The notes: generated by a model from the sequence alone, not told the origin. 62,860 nucleotides of DNA, filler included, from Sluysia triapertura (GCA_046118255.1; 5 parts of 5 records of this genome joined end to end with filler, not necessarily neighbours in it), one strand, 5' to 3'. Shown: positions 1-13,921, numbered from the whole stretch's first letter. Program-made: numbers and translations.

Positions 1-114
1 AAATTTTCCAATATCAATGTCTCTCGTAACAATAGATAAAATTTTCCAATATCAATGTCTCTCGTAACAATAGATAAAATTTTCCAATATCAATGTCTCT
101 CGTAACAATAGATA
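1..114. repeat. Tandem repeat, 3 x 38 bp (AAATTTTCCAATATCAATGTCTCTCGTAACAATAGATA)
   Basis: Three identical units at 1-38, 39-76 and 77-114; probably continues past the window start. Confidence 0.95.
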
Positions 115-736
115 ACGTTAAATTGTCTCTACTATCTGTCCTTTAGTCTACTGTTTTTATACCAAAATTTTGTAATGATTTTGTAATTATTTAATAGTGA
201 ACACAATTTAAATAATTACATGTAACAATTTAATTTTTTAACACACAATTTTTTAATGGCTTATACAATTTAATAAAACACACTATATACAATTTAATAA
301 ATTATTGATTTAAATTTAATACTATAAACTATAATGATTTATACAATTTAAACTACACAATTTTTTAACTATAATAATATATTTAAATTTAATACTATAT
401 TTGTAAAATGATTTGTTTAGATTAATTTCAATTGTAAGTAGTTTTAATAGTAATAATAATAATATAAAATGATTTGTGTAAACTAATTTAAATTGTAAAT
501 AATAATAATAATAATAAATTTTATTTCGTTGTCTATTAATAATTAATTATATTTACAAATAACATTTTATAATAAAAATTTAGATAACAAATATTTAACA
601 TTAACAATTTTTATATTAAAATAGATAATTTAAAATTTAACATTAACAAGCATTAACAATTTTGTACAACACTTATAATAATAAACAACATTTTGAAAAA
701 TTGTATATGACGATATATGTAGAACCAAATTTCTAT

Positions 737-945
737 TTAACACATTACATGCCATGTCATTTATATTTTACGATCAGTCGTCGTCATTCGCATGATCATC
801 ACAGTAAAAAAATATATCTAAAGTTAATGAAAATATAAGAGAAATTAATTAAATCATACTTTCAACAAGAAATCTAGAAATAAACGCAACACCACGTGGC
901 AATTTTGTCATGTCACCGAACAATGTTTGGCGTGCAATGTGTTAA
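737..945. mobile_element. piggyBac-like MITE (~200 bp) with TTAA target duplications
   Basis: TTAA-CACATTACATGCCA ... TGGCGTGCAATGTG-TTAA imperfect TIRs; a similar orphan end CAATGTGTTAA near 2059-2069. Confidence 0.7.
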
Positions 946-2679
946 ACGTACTTTAATTTAGACATTTTATGAGAAATGGTTGTATTGAAGTTAGGAAATA
1001 TAAAAAAATATTTTAATGCACTTTTGCATTTTATTTTATTTTAATTTAGTCTCGAACTCCACCAGCACAATTGAAATTACAGCTTATGCAAATGAAAACT
1101 AAAAGAACCAAGTAAAACATTGATATGATTTATGACTGAATTACAATGCAATTTAAATTTTATATTTGGGTTATGAAAATGAAAAATTATTTTACCTGAA
1201 AATAAAATTTTCTCTAAAAAAATCTTCATTTTTATTTGAAAATGAAAAGTAAATTTCTAAGTGAAATATTCATATATTAAAGCTAAGTTCAATATTTGAA
1301 GAAAGTAAATTTCGATAATATAAACGGATCTGATTTTACTCGACTTTAATTATAATATTAATTATTGTTGCATTTAATTTCAAATTTTGATTTACATGAA
1401 AAATTTTGAAAACATTAGATGATGTATGATCTGAATTGAGTTAAATATAATGGAAATAAAGTTCACATTAATTTTTATTAATTACTTTAATCTTAAATGT
1501 ACACTCAACCCTCAATCCAATTCGAAAAAATCCGAAGAATATAAAATTCCGTTCAAAAGTGAAAACATGCGGAAATTATTTAGAAATGAAGTTGCTACAG
1601 ACAAATGACACGAATATGAAATGAAATTTAACACAACTTATAAATCTTGTGGAACTTATAAATTCAGCCCAAAATAGGCGATATTGAAGTTTTTAAAATG
1701 AAAGATATGAAACAAGCTTTTATTGTCGAATATGTAAAATAAATTTAATTTTCTTAGCTGATTAAGATGTATTTGATAATTTTATATAGAAAAATCATTA
1801 TATTTTAATAATTAATGTTTTGAAAAGAAGAAAATTTGGTTATTGACTCTGTTTCATTACTAGTGATTTTGTTAAATTTTAACAAATTGAAGACGGTACT
1901 TAGTGAAAGCATATAGCCTGAATTGCCGCATATTTTGTTGAAATTATAGAAATTACAAGTGATACTTTCGAAAACACAGTGTAACATTTATTAAGTATAA
2001 TACATTAATCTTAATGAGCTCATAAATTCACATAACATTAATTCATGTCATCCGTCTTCAATGTGTTAATATCTTATTTTAGTCGATTCGTACCCGACTA
2101 AGTTTTAGTTCAATAATAATTACAAATTTGAAGTATTTATATTTTTTAGGAAAGGTTCAACGTCTATTACTTCGCACGAAAGCTCAGATAGTGATAAATG
2201 TAAATTATATTTTTTGTATTATAATATAAATTTGTTACAAAACTTACTTAACATGTCTAAATGCTATTACAAAATGATATTATTTGTTTTAGAACTTTTT
2301 AAAATTACTTTTAAACTGAAATCGTTTTAGGTAAGTTGAAAAAGTTAAACTGTACGTTTTTTATTGTAGAAATAAAAACGTTTATGCTTTTATACTGCAA
2401 ACTTTTTATTGTATTTTTACTTTAAATAAATAATTTGATAATCCATATCATTGTGAACGTTTTAATTCTAGTATTAAATTGGTTTATAAGTCGTTGAGGT
2501 TAATTCTTGTTTTTGTTCGTAGAGATGTAACTAATTCTTTCATGCCTTATTGACGATGAAGAAATTTCAATTTGTGGTATTATCATTCATACAATGGCTA
2601 GCCTTCTCGGATGTTATTGGTCTAATAACCACATATCCTAGTAAACTTCATGAATTTTCAACTCAATCATACCGCCATA

Positions 2680-3340
2680 TAATATACCTAAAGTGATTGC
2701 ATTTAGGCTCCTCAACACTCGCATGCTTCATACCCGTATACTTGAGTAGTGCGAAATTACCAGATTTTCAGGGATTGTCTCAACCTGGATATTGTCATTC
2801 TACGTCTTATTATGATTGAATGGTTGTCAAATTGATAAATAAGTTCGACTTCAGACATGGCGTGCTAAAATAAAGACATCTATCCTTAACTTACAAAAGA
2901 AGTATAAAATATGTTACTTTTCTATTCACCGATGACTAAATTAAACTTTCGTAAAATCTGACATAGGAGTTAGTAAAGATAAAATTGGCCAATATCTCCA
3001 TCGATTGATTAATATTATCAATCGTATTTTCTGAGAATAGCGAAGATGTCAAGGTGTCTTTACCGTCTTCGGTATGCATTTTTCAATACGATTGAATGAT
3101 CAAAACGAGAAACATCCTTAAAGTAAACTAACTCCCAAAAACCAATATCATGTGGGATATTTGGTGATATATTGGCTTGAGGTACCAATTACTCTTAACT
3201 TTATCTCATAGGCGTCAAATATCTTAATGATGTCTATGAAAAATTAATGTGATAAACTTCGGGTCCAATTCAAGTGCCATACTTGTGGGTGCCCTGGGGT
3301 CGTGGGATCCAGATAATGAAGTATTATTTTGGGTGGTCGA
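2680..3340 (+). mobile_element. Decayed 3' part of an RLE-type (NeSL/R2-like) non-LTR retrotransposon, divergent family
   Basis: Translated blocks KVIAFRLLNTR, YLIGVKYLNDVYE and AILVGALGSWDPDNEV are collinear with VCAFRLFNS, FLIDIK and VVAIGSLNPDNE of the element at 30.6-34.2 kb; GALGSW is the typical RLE C-terminal motif. Confidence 0.75.
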
Positions 3341-4165
3341 TATTACTAACTTGGTGTGTCATCTTTGAATCGTCATTTAATGCGTATAAAGATAACTTCC
3401 TGCAATGAAGTAAAATCGAAACAGAATAAACAAAAGTAAATTTATATTTTTAATCTGAATTTATTCATTGTCTTTTTTCTTATTTCTTTGTGTATATAAT
3501 GAACTAGAACTGATTTGTTAGTATTCGTTTTGTAACGATTTATTCACGCATCATCTGCGCAACATCCGCAATTGTTTGTGTTCTAATTAGGTATGGCGAA
3601 TTTTCTATGCATTTTGTTTTTAGTTTATTGTTTTTATATCATTGTTTTAAGGTGTTTTTAAGTATTTTATTGCTGAAAACAATTCAATTTGTTTTGGCTT
3701 TTTGAATATTTTTAATTTATATTTAATATATTAAATTTATAATTAATATTTCGATATACTATTAATTTTTTGTAGTATTATATTTGCTATAAAATAAGCA
3801 CTTAAATGTGCCTAAAATTAATCATTCATACTTCTGTAGTAGAAAGAACTGAGTCTTAATATTTTCTAATTTACCAGTGATTTGCCTTTATCTGGTAGAT
3901 TTTTATTATTTTTAAACAAATAGTACATAATCTATCACCTATCATAATGTGGATTTTGCATAAATTATCTTAAAAACATGTTACGTTCAGTTTTCCTATT
4001 ATTCACATGAAATTTTACAACGTAAGCATTTATATATTACCATAATAATTTTGAATTCTACTCCTGTTTTTAATTCTAACCAAAGTAATTATGCTGATTG
4101 ATTCGGTCGGTAGTAATTTCAATTTTCGCACCTTTGTAAACATATTAAAATCTGTTATCAATGAA

Positions 4166-4171
4166 ACACAT

Positions 4172-4221
<50 letters not shown>
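4166..4221. repeat. Compound (AC)n(AT)n microsatellite
   Basis: Direct reading. Confidence 0.95.
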
Positions 4222-4225
<4 letters not shown>

Positions 4226-6939
4226 AAGCAACATAATATTTACTATTAACTATTTAACATTAATATTAAATTAGAATCTTTAAAAATATGTTAACAATGT
4301 TATGCTTGTTAATATAATCGAATGTGTGAAAAAAGAAAATAAAATACTCTAAACGAATCTGGACATGCAATGCTTGTCACTATGATTGAATTCGTAATGT
4401 AGTACTTATTGTAAATATAATGTAATAAGTGTGGTACTACAAATGCAATGTAATAAAATGTTATTAAAGAATGTTATAGTTAAATCAATATACAACTAAA
4501 ATAGTGACATAAGTAACATAATACTCAATGTAAATAATACAATGTAATACGAATACTGTCTAATCGAGTACTTAATGAATGTTTGAAAATAATCTACTGA
4601 ATAAATACTCATTCAATAAATATTGATAGTAAAAACAATGTAATATTAATTATGGAAATAAATTCTGTGACTGTCTAAAAATGTTATGTTTAATCGAAAA
4701 ATAGTTAAAAACAAGCGACATTGTGGGCCATAATAGCAATTTTTTATGCTGAATTAAACAAGAAATAATATTTAATTAAATGAATATTATAAATGATTGT
4801 GAATTAAATAATTCTGCAAAATGAAAATAGTTGAACCTTTGAGTTCTAAACTAAATTGTACCGAACGTATATGAATATATAATTTTATGTAAATAAATCG
4901 AATTTTTCTGTAAGTAGTAAATCGTTAAATCTATTGAATTAGATTTAAATCATTAAATTTGAATGGTATTTATTTAGATATGGATGGTAATAAGAATGTA
5001 CTGCGGCATGTAAAATAATTAATAAAATTTTCATATAATTTTAGAATTGTGTTATTTTATGATATATATTATTCTGTAAGTAATAAATCTTAGTAATAAT
5101 TTAAAGACAATTAATTTGTAATAGTAAAATACAGACTTTGAATATAACACTTTTAAACTAATTTATTTTAAAACTGAAAAATTATTATACAACCGAAATT
5201 GAACTCTATCATACAACAAATTCGATTTATATTATCGCTATATCATACACATTTGATTCATATTATCATTTGTGGAAATTGATATAAATACTACGAAAAA
5301 TCATTTAGAAAAGATAAGATTACTTTCAATTTTCATACTGGAGAAAATCCCGATATTGCTACGGCCTGAAGACTCGGAGGATATATAAAGCTAATTTACA
5401 ATTGAAACTATCCATTACCGTAAGATCAATTTCGGCCTAATTAAAATCTAATTCGACTAAAATGTTATTAAATTTGTTTAAAATTTTATAAACTTTGGAA
5501 TTTGTCCTCGTAAAGTTTTATAAACTTTTGAATTTGTTTATGATTTTAATAATTATTCATATGTTTATATATTTATCTACAAATTTGTGGTGTTTGAATA
5601 AAGAATTTTTTGATTCATTTAATTTTCTTAAAGAGGAAAGAAAATTGAATAAAAGGAATTGAAGCATAAGATCAAAAGGTTAAGGTTTAAACTTATATTA
5701 CTTAATTAAGCACTTCCATTAAACATAATAGAAACTTTGTATTGAACTCATCTCTGAAATAAAAATTATTAGATAAATTAGAATCGATTAGGTGAAGTAT
5801 AAACCCTGTTAACAGAAAAGTAAAAATCCTAAGTTGATACTTCATAAGAGTGAATACTGAAAAGAGCTAGAGTTGACATGTGAGATTGATTAAACCCTAA
5901 CGCATATAGCATTATCTAAACTAATACATATATCTCCAAAAGAGTAAAGGTAAAACCCAACGCATGTTATTTGTTAACATATATAATCTATGTATTCGTG
6001 TTATTTTATAATCTATTTATTCGTTGATATGTGCTGTCTATGTGAACATAATATCTAACTATTGATTGTGTGTAGAAATATCTATTTATTTCTGAACATA
6101 ATTGATTTTAATTGTGTATAGAAACTTGTTTTTAAATATTGAAATTTTATATGAAGGTTTAAAAAAGAAAATAATTTTGATTTTATAATATGTAAGTAAT
6201 TTTATTTACCATTTTTTAATTTAAATATTAATTTATTCTAATATTATATCTATTTCAATTATAACTTTGTTTAAATCATTAAATTAATTATAGCTTTGTT
6301 TAAACTAATCAAGGTTAGTTCCAGAATAGTATATAAGATAGTAATTTTTAACATATAATCAAGGGTTCGCAATGTTTTAACCACATTCAAAATTAACTAC
6401 CAGACATTTTCAAATAAATTCAAACATTCTAAATTATTAATTCTTTATCATTTAATATTACTTAAAATTACCAAGAAAATAAATCACATTTTTAACATTG
6501 TACACCCATCTTTTCAACGTAACAAAATATAGCCTATGATCTATCTTATCCACATCCACTAAACTACTCTTTTTCAACATACTTATAATTCATAATCTTT
6601 TGACATCCAAACAACAATATACTTGGAAATTCACATAATACACTCATCTTATTTTAGAATACTTAAATCATGTGTTGTCATCACCTAAATTTACTTTTAG
6701 TTGAAACCATTAAACAGTATTCAAAAAATGCATTGAAAACTAATACACGTTTAAATTTCATTTGGAACATTTAACTCACTATCTTACTCAATATCTTGAA
6801 CTGCTAAATATACAACAAACTAATTCAAAATAATTATTTGAAGATATTTAGTTCTAGATAACTTCATATATATTTAGAAATATAATTATTATTAATTATT
6901 ATTATTATTATTTAGAAATATTATTGTTATTGTTATTAG

Positions 6940-7059
6940 TATTATCATTGTTATTTCTCATTATCTTCAATTTTTAATATGTTAAGAAATAAAAGGATTA
7001 AAAGCAAGATCATGTTAAATTTTTAAGATTTTATGTGGTTATAATGATAATAACACTGC

Positions 7060-7115
<56 letters not shown>

Positions 7116-7420
7116 CATTTGTATTATTGTTATTAGCATTAAAAACATTTTATCATTTTTATTATCATTATTATTAACAATGTACATTAAATTAATTAGT
7201 AGGATCTGTATAATGGTCACTATTATTTGAGCAAAATTTTATCTAATTATGTTACCCTGTCACCAGTCGACATTTCATAAATTAGCCAGCAGGTCACGTC
7301 AACTGTCGACTGATGACAGTTTAATACAATCATCATGATTTTTGCTACACACTAATTGGCATGTATGCCTTTTTAATTTTTACTCATTAAACATAGTAGT
7401 TGATTGGACGTCCAATCAGC
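6940..7420 (+). repeat. Structured dispersed repeat, copy A: AT-rich block, (TTA)n, long hairpin 7257-7319, palindrome TGATTGGACGTCCAATCA 7401-7418
   Basis: Homologous (reverse complement) to 36655-37000 and 21380-21730. Confidence 0.7.
7061..7114. repeat. (TTA)n microsatellite
   Basis: Direct reading; it produces the spurious poly-Ile ORF 7023-7220. Confidence 0.95.
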
Positions 7421-7449
7421 AATAGGAATAATCTATAAAATACATGTTT

Positions 7450-7790
7450 ACGTTGTAGCTATAATTCTCCACCAACAACTTAGATATTCACTTGATATTT
7501 TTAGTAAACTGAACAAATCAAAGCTGGCTTTCGAATATGAATTTTGGACGATTATAAATGATGTAATTCAGAAAAAAATCTCTAGAACACTTACATGATG
7601 ATAAATGTCTTATTACAAACGTTGGTAAAACGTTGTAATGAGTCAACAGTATATTTTCGTATGAAAGCACTAAAATTTGATATGAACCTTTTGAGTCTTT
7701 ATTTTAACAATAATTTTTTAGAGATCTCCGAATGGTTGAAACATATTTCGGATTATATATGCAACCATTTTACCTCTTAGTTTGCATTCG
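7450..7790 (+). pseudogene. RUN-domain (PLEKHM1/SNX29-like) pseudogene, copy A
   Basis: AIILHQQLRY..KLNKSKLAFEYEFWTII and ALKFDMNLLSLYFNNNFL align with the RUN ORF at 36108-36434 and its continuation; frameshifted and 5'-deleted. Confidence 0.7.
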
Positions 7791-8082
7791 TTTTTATATA
7801 TATTTTACTAACATATGATTATTCATAGATACGATATTTCCGTTTAATTTATAGGGATGCTTATTGTACCGAACTCCAGATTAAACTATGATAATATTCT
7901 CAAGCAAACACCAACATAAATCAACACACCTTTCATAAATACATTATTGAACAAATTATACATTACATTTAATACTCAAACACAATTCCAACAATGTAAT
8001 TCCATTAAATTCTACTTATTATTCTTGTTGAGACTCTTACTCTATCTTTAGTTGAAATTTTTTGAACTCTCCCGATGTATGT

Positions 8083-8083
<1 letters not shown>

Positions 8084-8126
<43 letters not shown>

Positions 8127-8150
8127 GCTATTATTATTATTATTATTATT
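8084..8150. repeat. (TTA)n microsatellite
   Basis: Direct reading. Confidence 0.95.
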
Positions 8151-8695
8151 GTATTATTGTATTATTGTACTTGAGATCGGTTAATTGGAGCTGTACGTAA
8201 TCTAGCTCATAGAAATGGTAGCAGCATGATAGTGCGTAGTTCCGCTTTGTTTAAATTTGAATTCAAATATACTTTGCAAGTAGAGTTTCCAACATGTCGC
8301 ATAGCAGATAATCAGTGTTATGTTATCACGTCCGTAAAATCTATAACCTTCAGAGCAATTTTTGAACTGTAATTCATACAAAATTGCGTAACCTAATTAA
8401 ACTTCTGTACATAATCTTCTACGACGTCGTTCATTTGTATTGTGGTGAGGAAACCAGCTGTAAGAAAATTGCATGGGACAGTTTCTTTGCTTGAATCCTT
8501 ATCCAACTCAAAGTTTAGCTGGAGAGTCCATCGGAAATCGTATTACTGTAATTATTCATCCGTAGCATAAAATACACGGCCAGGTGTATTTTATGTATTC
8601 TATGATAGGAATTTCAACTAAAAAATTAAAAAATCGAACCGGCTAATATTAAAACAACAATTTGTAAGAAAGTGTGTAGAATAAAATTAAAAAGG

Positions 8696-9246
8696 TGAGT
8701 CCACCAACGTATTGGACTTACTGAATTAACGGCCAACGGTTGGATTTATCTTATAATCAATAATGTAAGGAGGTCAAAAATCTCTTAGAGGATTTTATGT
8801 TATTAATTTTTATTTAAAACAGATGTTATTTTAATTCGGTTCTTACTTGGAACCGTTAGTAATTTTGATAAGGTTCTTAAACCGAACCTATAATTTATAC
8901 AAATGATTTTAATGAGGTTCTTACACAGAACCTATTATTATTAATATTTTAGCTTTAAATGAAAGAGATTTTAATAAGGTTCTTACACGGAACCTGTTCT
9001 TTATTCAAATTTTAAATAAATTATTGTAACGAAAATTAAAAATGTGTATTATGAAAACAGCTAAAACCAATTATTTTACAACTGTAGTTGTAATATATAT
9101 AATAATTTTGTAGGATTATTTATAAATGAAATAATCAAATATAAAGGATTTTATAAGATATTTTAATAAGCTATCTATAAACGATAGCTGGTAATAATTC
9201 AAGTAATGTTAAGTCAGATTTTAATAAGGCAATATTAAATATTGCT
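8696..9246 (+). repeat. Array of short hairpins, mostly (G)ATTTTAATA followed by a stem and 7-nt loop
   Basis: CGGTTC-TTACTTG-GAACCG (8837), AGGTTC-TTAAACC-GAACCT (8871), AGGTTC-TTACACA-GAACCT (8915), AGGTTC-TTACACG-GAACCT (8977), AGCTATC-TATAAAC-GATAGCT (~9169), GCAATAT-TAA-ATATTGC (~9229). Confidence 0.8.
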
Positions 9247-10129
9247 AGAAAAACTTAATAACAAAAAACTAACGAGACGAAATAATTAAGTGAGCTGGTA
9301 TCGAAAATTGAATTATTGGAAACTGAATGTCCGTTGATATAGAATTTGACTTAATCGTGTCACTTCGGAAGGTAAAATATATAAATCTTCGTAAAGAAAA
9401 ATTGTGTCAATTGTGAAAAACTTGTCACTCTTTATAATAGGTCAAATGACCTTGATAAAAACTAAAACAAATTTAATAAAAATTTTTTTGATTTTTTCAA
9501 AATAATAATTTTCAAAATAACAATATTAGCATAATTTATACAATAATAATTTTTTATCAAAATAATAATTATTATTATAATTTAAACACGAATAACAATA
9601 ATTTTGTATCAAAAATACAATAATTATAATAGCGACAATGACTAACTAAATTATTCCGATAATTGCAAATTAAATTATTCCAATAAAATTAAATTATTCC
9701 AATTGATATTAAATTAAATTATTCCAATAAGTAAAACTGATAATAAAATTTGTACAAAATATTAAAATTATACATTATTAGTAAGTGACCTTTAAAACTG
9801 TATATTATTAGTGGTGAGTGATCTTTGGTCTTTACACATACTTTAAATATAATAACAATATTTTTAAAATAATAATTATAATTACAAAATAAAACTCATT
9901 TATGGACCTATGGTAGTTCAAACCTATTATCCAAACATTTAAGAAACATAAATAAACGAAAAAATTCCTAAAATACTGAATCACTTATATAGTAGCAAGT
10001 AATTTAAAAAATGAAAGTTAAGGCAAAAAAGACCAATTTCATTAATAGAAAAGTATAGCCAATCAATGAATGTTAATGCCGATGATGCTACCAGACAGCA
10101 TTTACAAAATATTAGAATATTAAATTTAG

Positions 10130-10469
10130 CATAAATTTAGTATGGTATTGAACGATCTAAAAAATGCTGATTATATAAAATTCAATGCATATATTTACTT
10201 ACGGAAAGTTTCATAATATGTGTAAAGTCGTTTTTAACGACAAGTTTCAAGCCGCAGCTAGTATCTGCGTAAGTACACTTAAGCCAATTATTATGATATA
10301 TAAAGTTAGGGAAAATAGATCTAGTATAAACGCTGCTTTTAGTTTAGTATTAAATGATGCAAAGAAGGCTGGTTATATGAAAATGATTACGCATTTTCGG
10401 GAAAATGCCCCGGTTACATTTACAATGCATTTTCTTAAGATGCGAGCTCTAGTTAGTGCCTACGTATAA
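10130..10469 (+). pseudogene. Unknown ORF remnant with an internal peptide duplication
   Basis: FSMVLNDLKNADYIK (~10137) versus FSLVLNDAKKAGYMK (~10337) in different frames; 94-aa ORF 10185-10469. Confidence 0.4.
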
Positions 10470-10879
10470 GAAGACACATAAGACAAGGGAATTTAAATTG
10501 TACAATGAGTAAAACTTCTCAATAAATGACACCAAACCTTACCTATTAATCCTTGCCTGCAGCTATCTGTCATCACTTCAGAATGCGAGAAAGACGAAAG
10601 TGAGAATTTCGATGAATGTTGTTTCTACAAGTGATTTACCTTCCTGTATAAAATTTCATAAACTCTTAATGTCTTATTTTTACTTCTTATTGATCTTCCC
10701 TAACTTGACAATGGCATTCATTAGTGTTGATAATTTTGATTTAATAAATGCATTAATACATAAACAAGTACATGTTAATTCAATAAATATGTCTTTTTAT
10801 AATATTTCTAAGTAAACGTTTTATTATTATTATATTATTCGGTAACTTAATTCCAAATAAATGTTTTATAATTATAAAA

Positions 10880-12222
10880 AACCGCTGGGTGTTTTCTTAA
10901 TCTAAAAACCTAACCTAGAGCAAAATAAATTATTATTCTGAGTCCGTTTACAGTGTACGACTTACTAATGGCGTACCTGTAAAATTACGTGAAAACAATT
11001 ATCAAAAATTAATTGTACAAAAAAATATTCTTTGCCTTAACTTAATAACAATATGCAAAATCTTCGTTTATGTCAATTAACAATAAATAACTTAAAAACT
11101 AATCAAGACCAACACTAGCTTATGGAATATCTAAATTAATATAAAAATCAAGTAAATAATATTCTTATAAAAACGTGTCGTTTCTTATATCTTCAAATCT
11201 TAATATAATGACCGTTAGAACGTTTCAGTTTTTCTTCTTATTCTATGAAACGATATTGGAATTAACGTATTTTCGATTAAAATATAAATTGATTATGAAT
11301 TATTCGTAAGGTAAAATAATTATAAACTTAATTTAAGTTACGACGTTAATACTAGAACAATTATAATAAAAACAGGACTCTATTAAACAAAAACGAATAA
11401 AAATTAAAATAAAAACAACTATAAATTTATAAGCTTCAAAAGTTAATTATCAATGATAAATAATAAAATTATAATTAAGATATAATTAAGATATAATCAA
11501 ATTATAATAAAGGTCTAGCCGTTAGACTCTACCTTGTAATAATTATTTTATAACTGACCTTAAGGGCCAACTAAAATGTAGTGAATTTATATTTTAAATT
11601 GATTTTGTGATTGGCCTTCATGACCAATCGTGAAAAGCAGTAATTTAAGTTTAGATTTTAACTCAGTATGAGTTTGTAAGCTATGTAGAACAAACTTACG
11701 AATTAATTAATTAATAATAAATGCGGTGTTATCTGATTGTCCTTCCTTTCAGTTGAGTTGATTTCTTGAAAATGGAAAATCGTTTTCTCTAATTGTAGAC
11801 GTGGGACAGGATATTGTTGACTGAATATAAATTTGAAAATTGCTGGACGTTGAATTGTCAGTTTTACCGATGGTGATCAAATTCAATTTTATCTGATTCA
11901 AACACAAATGTGTGATTAAAATGGGCGTAGTATTATTTCTTTGTGTTTAATTGACTTTAATAATGGCGACTTCTTTATTTGTGTATGTCTTTATATACAC
12001 ATAAAGACATTTTTAAAATTTTTATTTAATCAAACAAAATTCTTACGAGAAGTTTCTTTATAGTTATTTTTTAATTTATAATAATAATAATTTTAAATTT
12101 AATATATTTAAACTAATAATTTTTTAAATAATATAAATTTTAATAATTTTTTATAATATTTATAATATTTATAATTTTTGTAAATATATGAGAAATAAAA
12201 TTAAAATTATTATACCTTTACA
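10880..12222 (+). mobile_element. LTR-like dispersed repeat (>1.3 kb), copy 1
   Basis: Collinear reverse-complement match to 28554-29890; shared sharp terminus ...ACCTTTACA at 12222 with AATAAA ~25 nt upstream; internal small hairpins at 11513-11676. Confidence 0.7.
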
Positions 12223-12810
12223 ATATCATGGGCAAATATTTTTACTAAGTTATCAAATTAAATAATTATTAATTATTAATAATTATTAAATAATTAATTA
12301 ACAAATGTACTTTAACAATTCGACAAACAAAACCTTATAAAAGGTTATTTCTTCGCATTTCTCATTGTCTTATCTTGAATCAAGTATTTCATTTATTTAT
12401 CTTATCATTACAATTCATCATAGTCCCCTATCTCAATTCCTCAATAACGTTTACCTTATCTGTCATCTTGAATCTTGAACATTTATATCTACCTTTGCTT
12501 TTCACTATTCCCAACAATCTCAACATTTTGCTATTTTTACTGATAACTTGAAAATATGAGTTTGATATGTTGCAGTTTTTACCGATATTGAAAGCTAAAC
12601 CTATGGCAAAACAGAAAATTGATCAGGGTTCGGTTACAACAATCGTCTTATGTCGTAAAGTTAACTAAAACGTAATATTGTTGCATCTTTAAAACTTGTT
12701 AAATATTAAACTCACTATTATTATCTTGATCATTTTAAACCTTAATAATTTCAAGATTAGTATGTCAAATATAATTTTACTGTAATCTTCTTTTATAACT
12801 CTATCAATAA

Positions 12811-12910
12811 NNNNNNNNNNNNNNNNNNNNNNNNNNNNNNNNNNNNNNNNNNNNTTAATTAATTAANNNNNNNNNNNNNNNNNNNNNNNNNNNNNNNNNN
12901 NNNNNNNNNN
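12811..12910. other. Artificial contig linker
   Basis: 44 N + TTAATTAATTAA (stops in all six frames) + 44 N. Confidence 0.98.
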
Positions 12911-13921
12911 CAAGTCAATCTCAGGCCTTCATAAGGTCTCAAACCCTTATATAGGTCTTTGGAACCCTAAGATATTCTTTAACTGTTTAAATTATTATAA
13001 ATATTTTCTCTTTCATGATTCTTATTTCAACAATGTTTATAATACTTCATCTATCACTTCTCATAGAATTCATCCGTAATCCTATATGCCACTCACCCGC
13101 CCCCCCAATCCAAAGTTGGACGATCCCAACATTTGCATTCTATTTCTTTAATGATTAAAAAATATTATTATTTATTATCATTAAAAAAATTTATTTAATT
13201 TTGAAGCGATATATCAACATTATACTTTTAAGTAAAGTTTTCAAAATCTACTATCTTTTAGCAATGTTAATATTAAAAGTTATCGTATTATCCATTATTA
13301 ATTTACAAGTAAATGAAGGAACTCTTAAGTCATAAATTGAAAAATGATACATTTTCCAATTAAAACAAATATGAGCAATTTTAACGCAAAGCGTAAAAAG
13401 GAAAATGTTGAATCTTTGAAATTAACAGTAACAATAAAACAATATCAATTTAATTTACTTAAATAAAATCTCAAATATATGAAATAAAAATTATCACAAA
13501 TTTTCTTATTTTAATAATGATACTTATTTAACCCAAAATTACATTCTTAATTCAAATTAATAACAATAAGTTAATAATATAATAATTACAAAATCAAATA
13601 AGTCGTTATTATAAGTTTATGAGTGAACAATAGTACAACTAAAGTGAATGAAAAATAAGTAAATTTCAAAGTTAACAATAATATCGCGATTTATCTATGA
13701 AATACAAAATTATAATTCTGAAGGTTAATTTGCCTAATAATAATATATTATTATTATTTAAAATTAGTCACGAAGTAATTAAACTTAAGGTCACTTAGTG
13801 ATCTGTTAAGTTTACGTTAAATTCAATCTAGAAACTATCAAAATAGGTTAGGTAGTATGTATCTTCAATGATAGTTCAAATAATATCTTCAAATCAATAC
13901 ATAAATATTTAATTTAAAATG

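Noticed and set aside
7023-7220. Poly-Ile hydrophobic ORF
   Set aside because: Translation of a (TTA)n microsatellite
7310-7350. Hammerhead ribozyme core (CTGATGA)
   Set aside because: No stem II followed by GAAA; the motif is simply one arm of an inverted repeat
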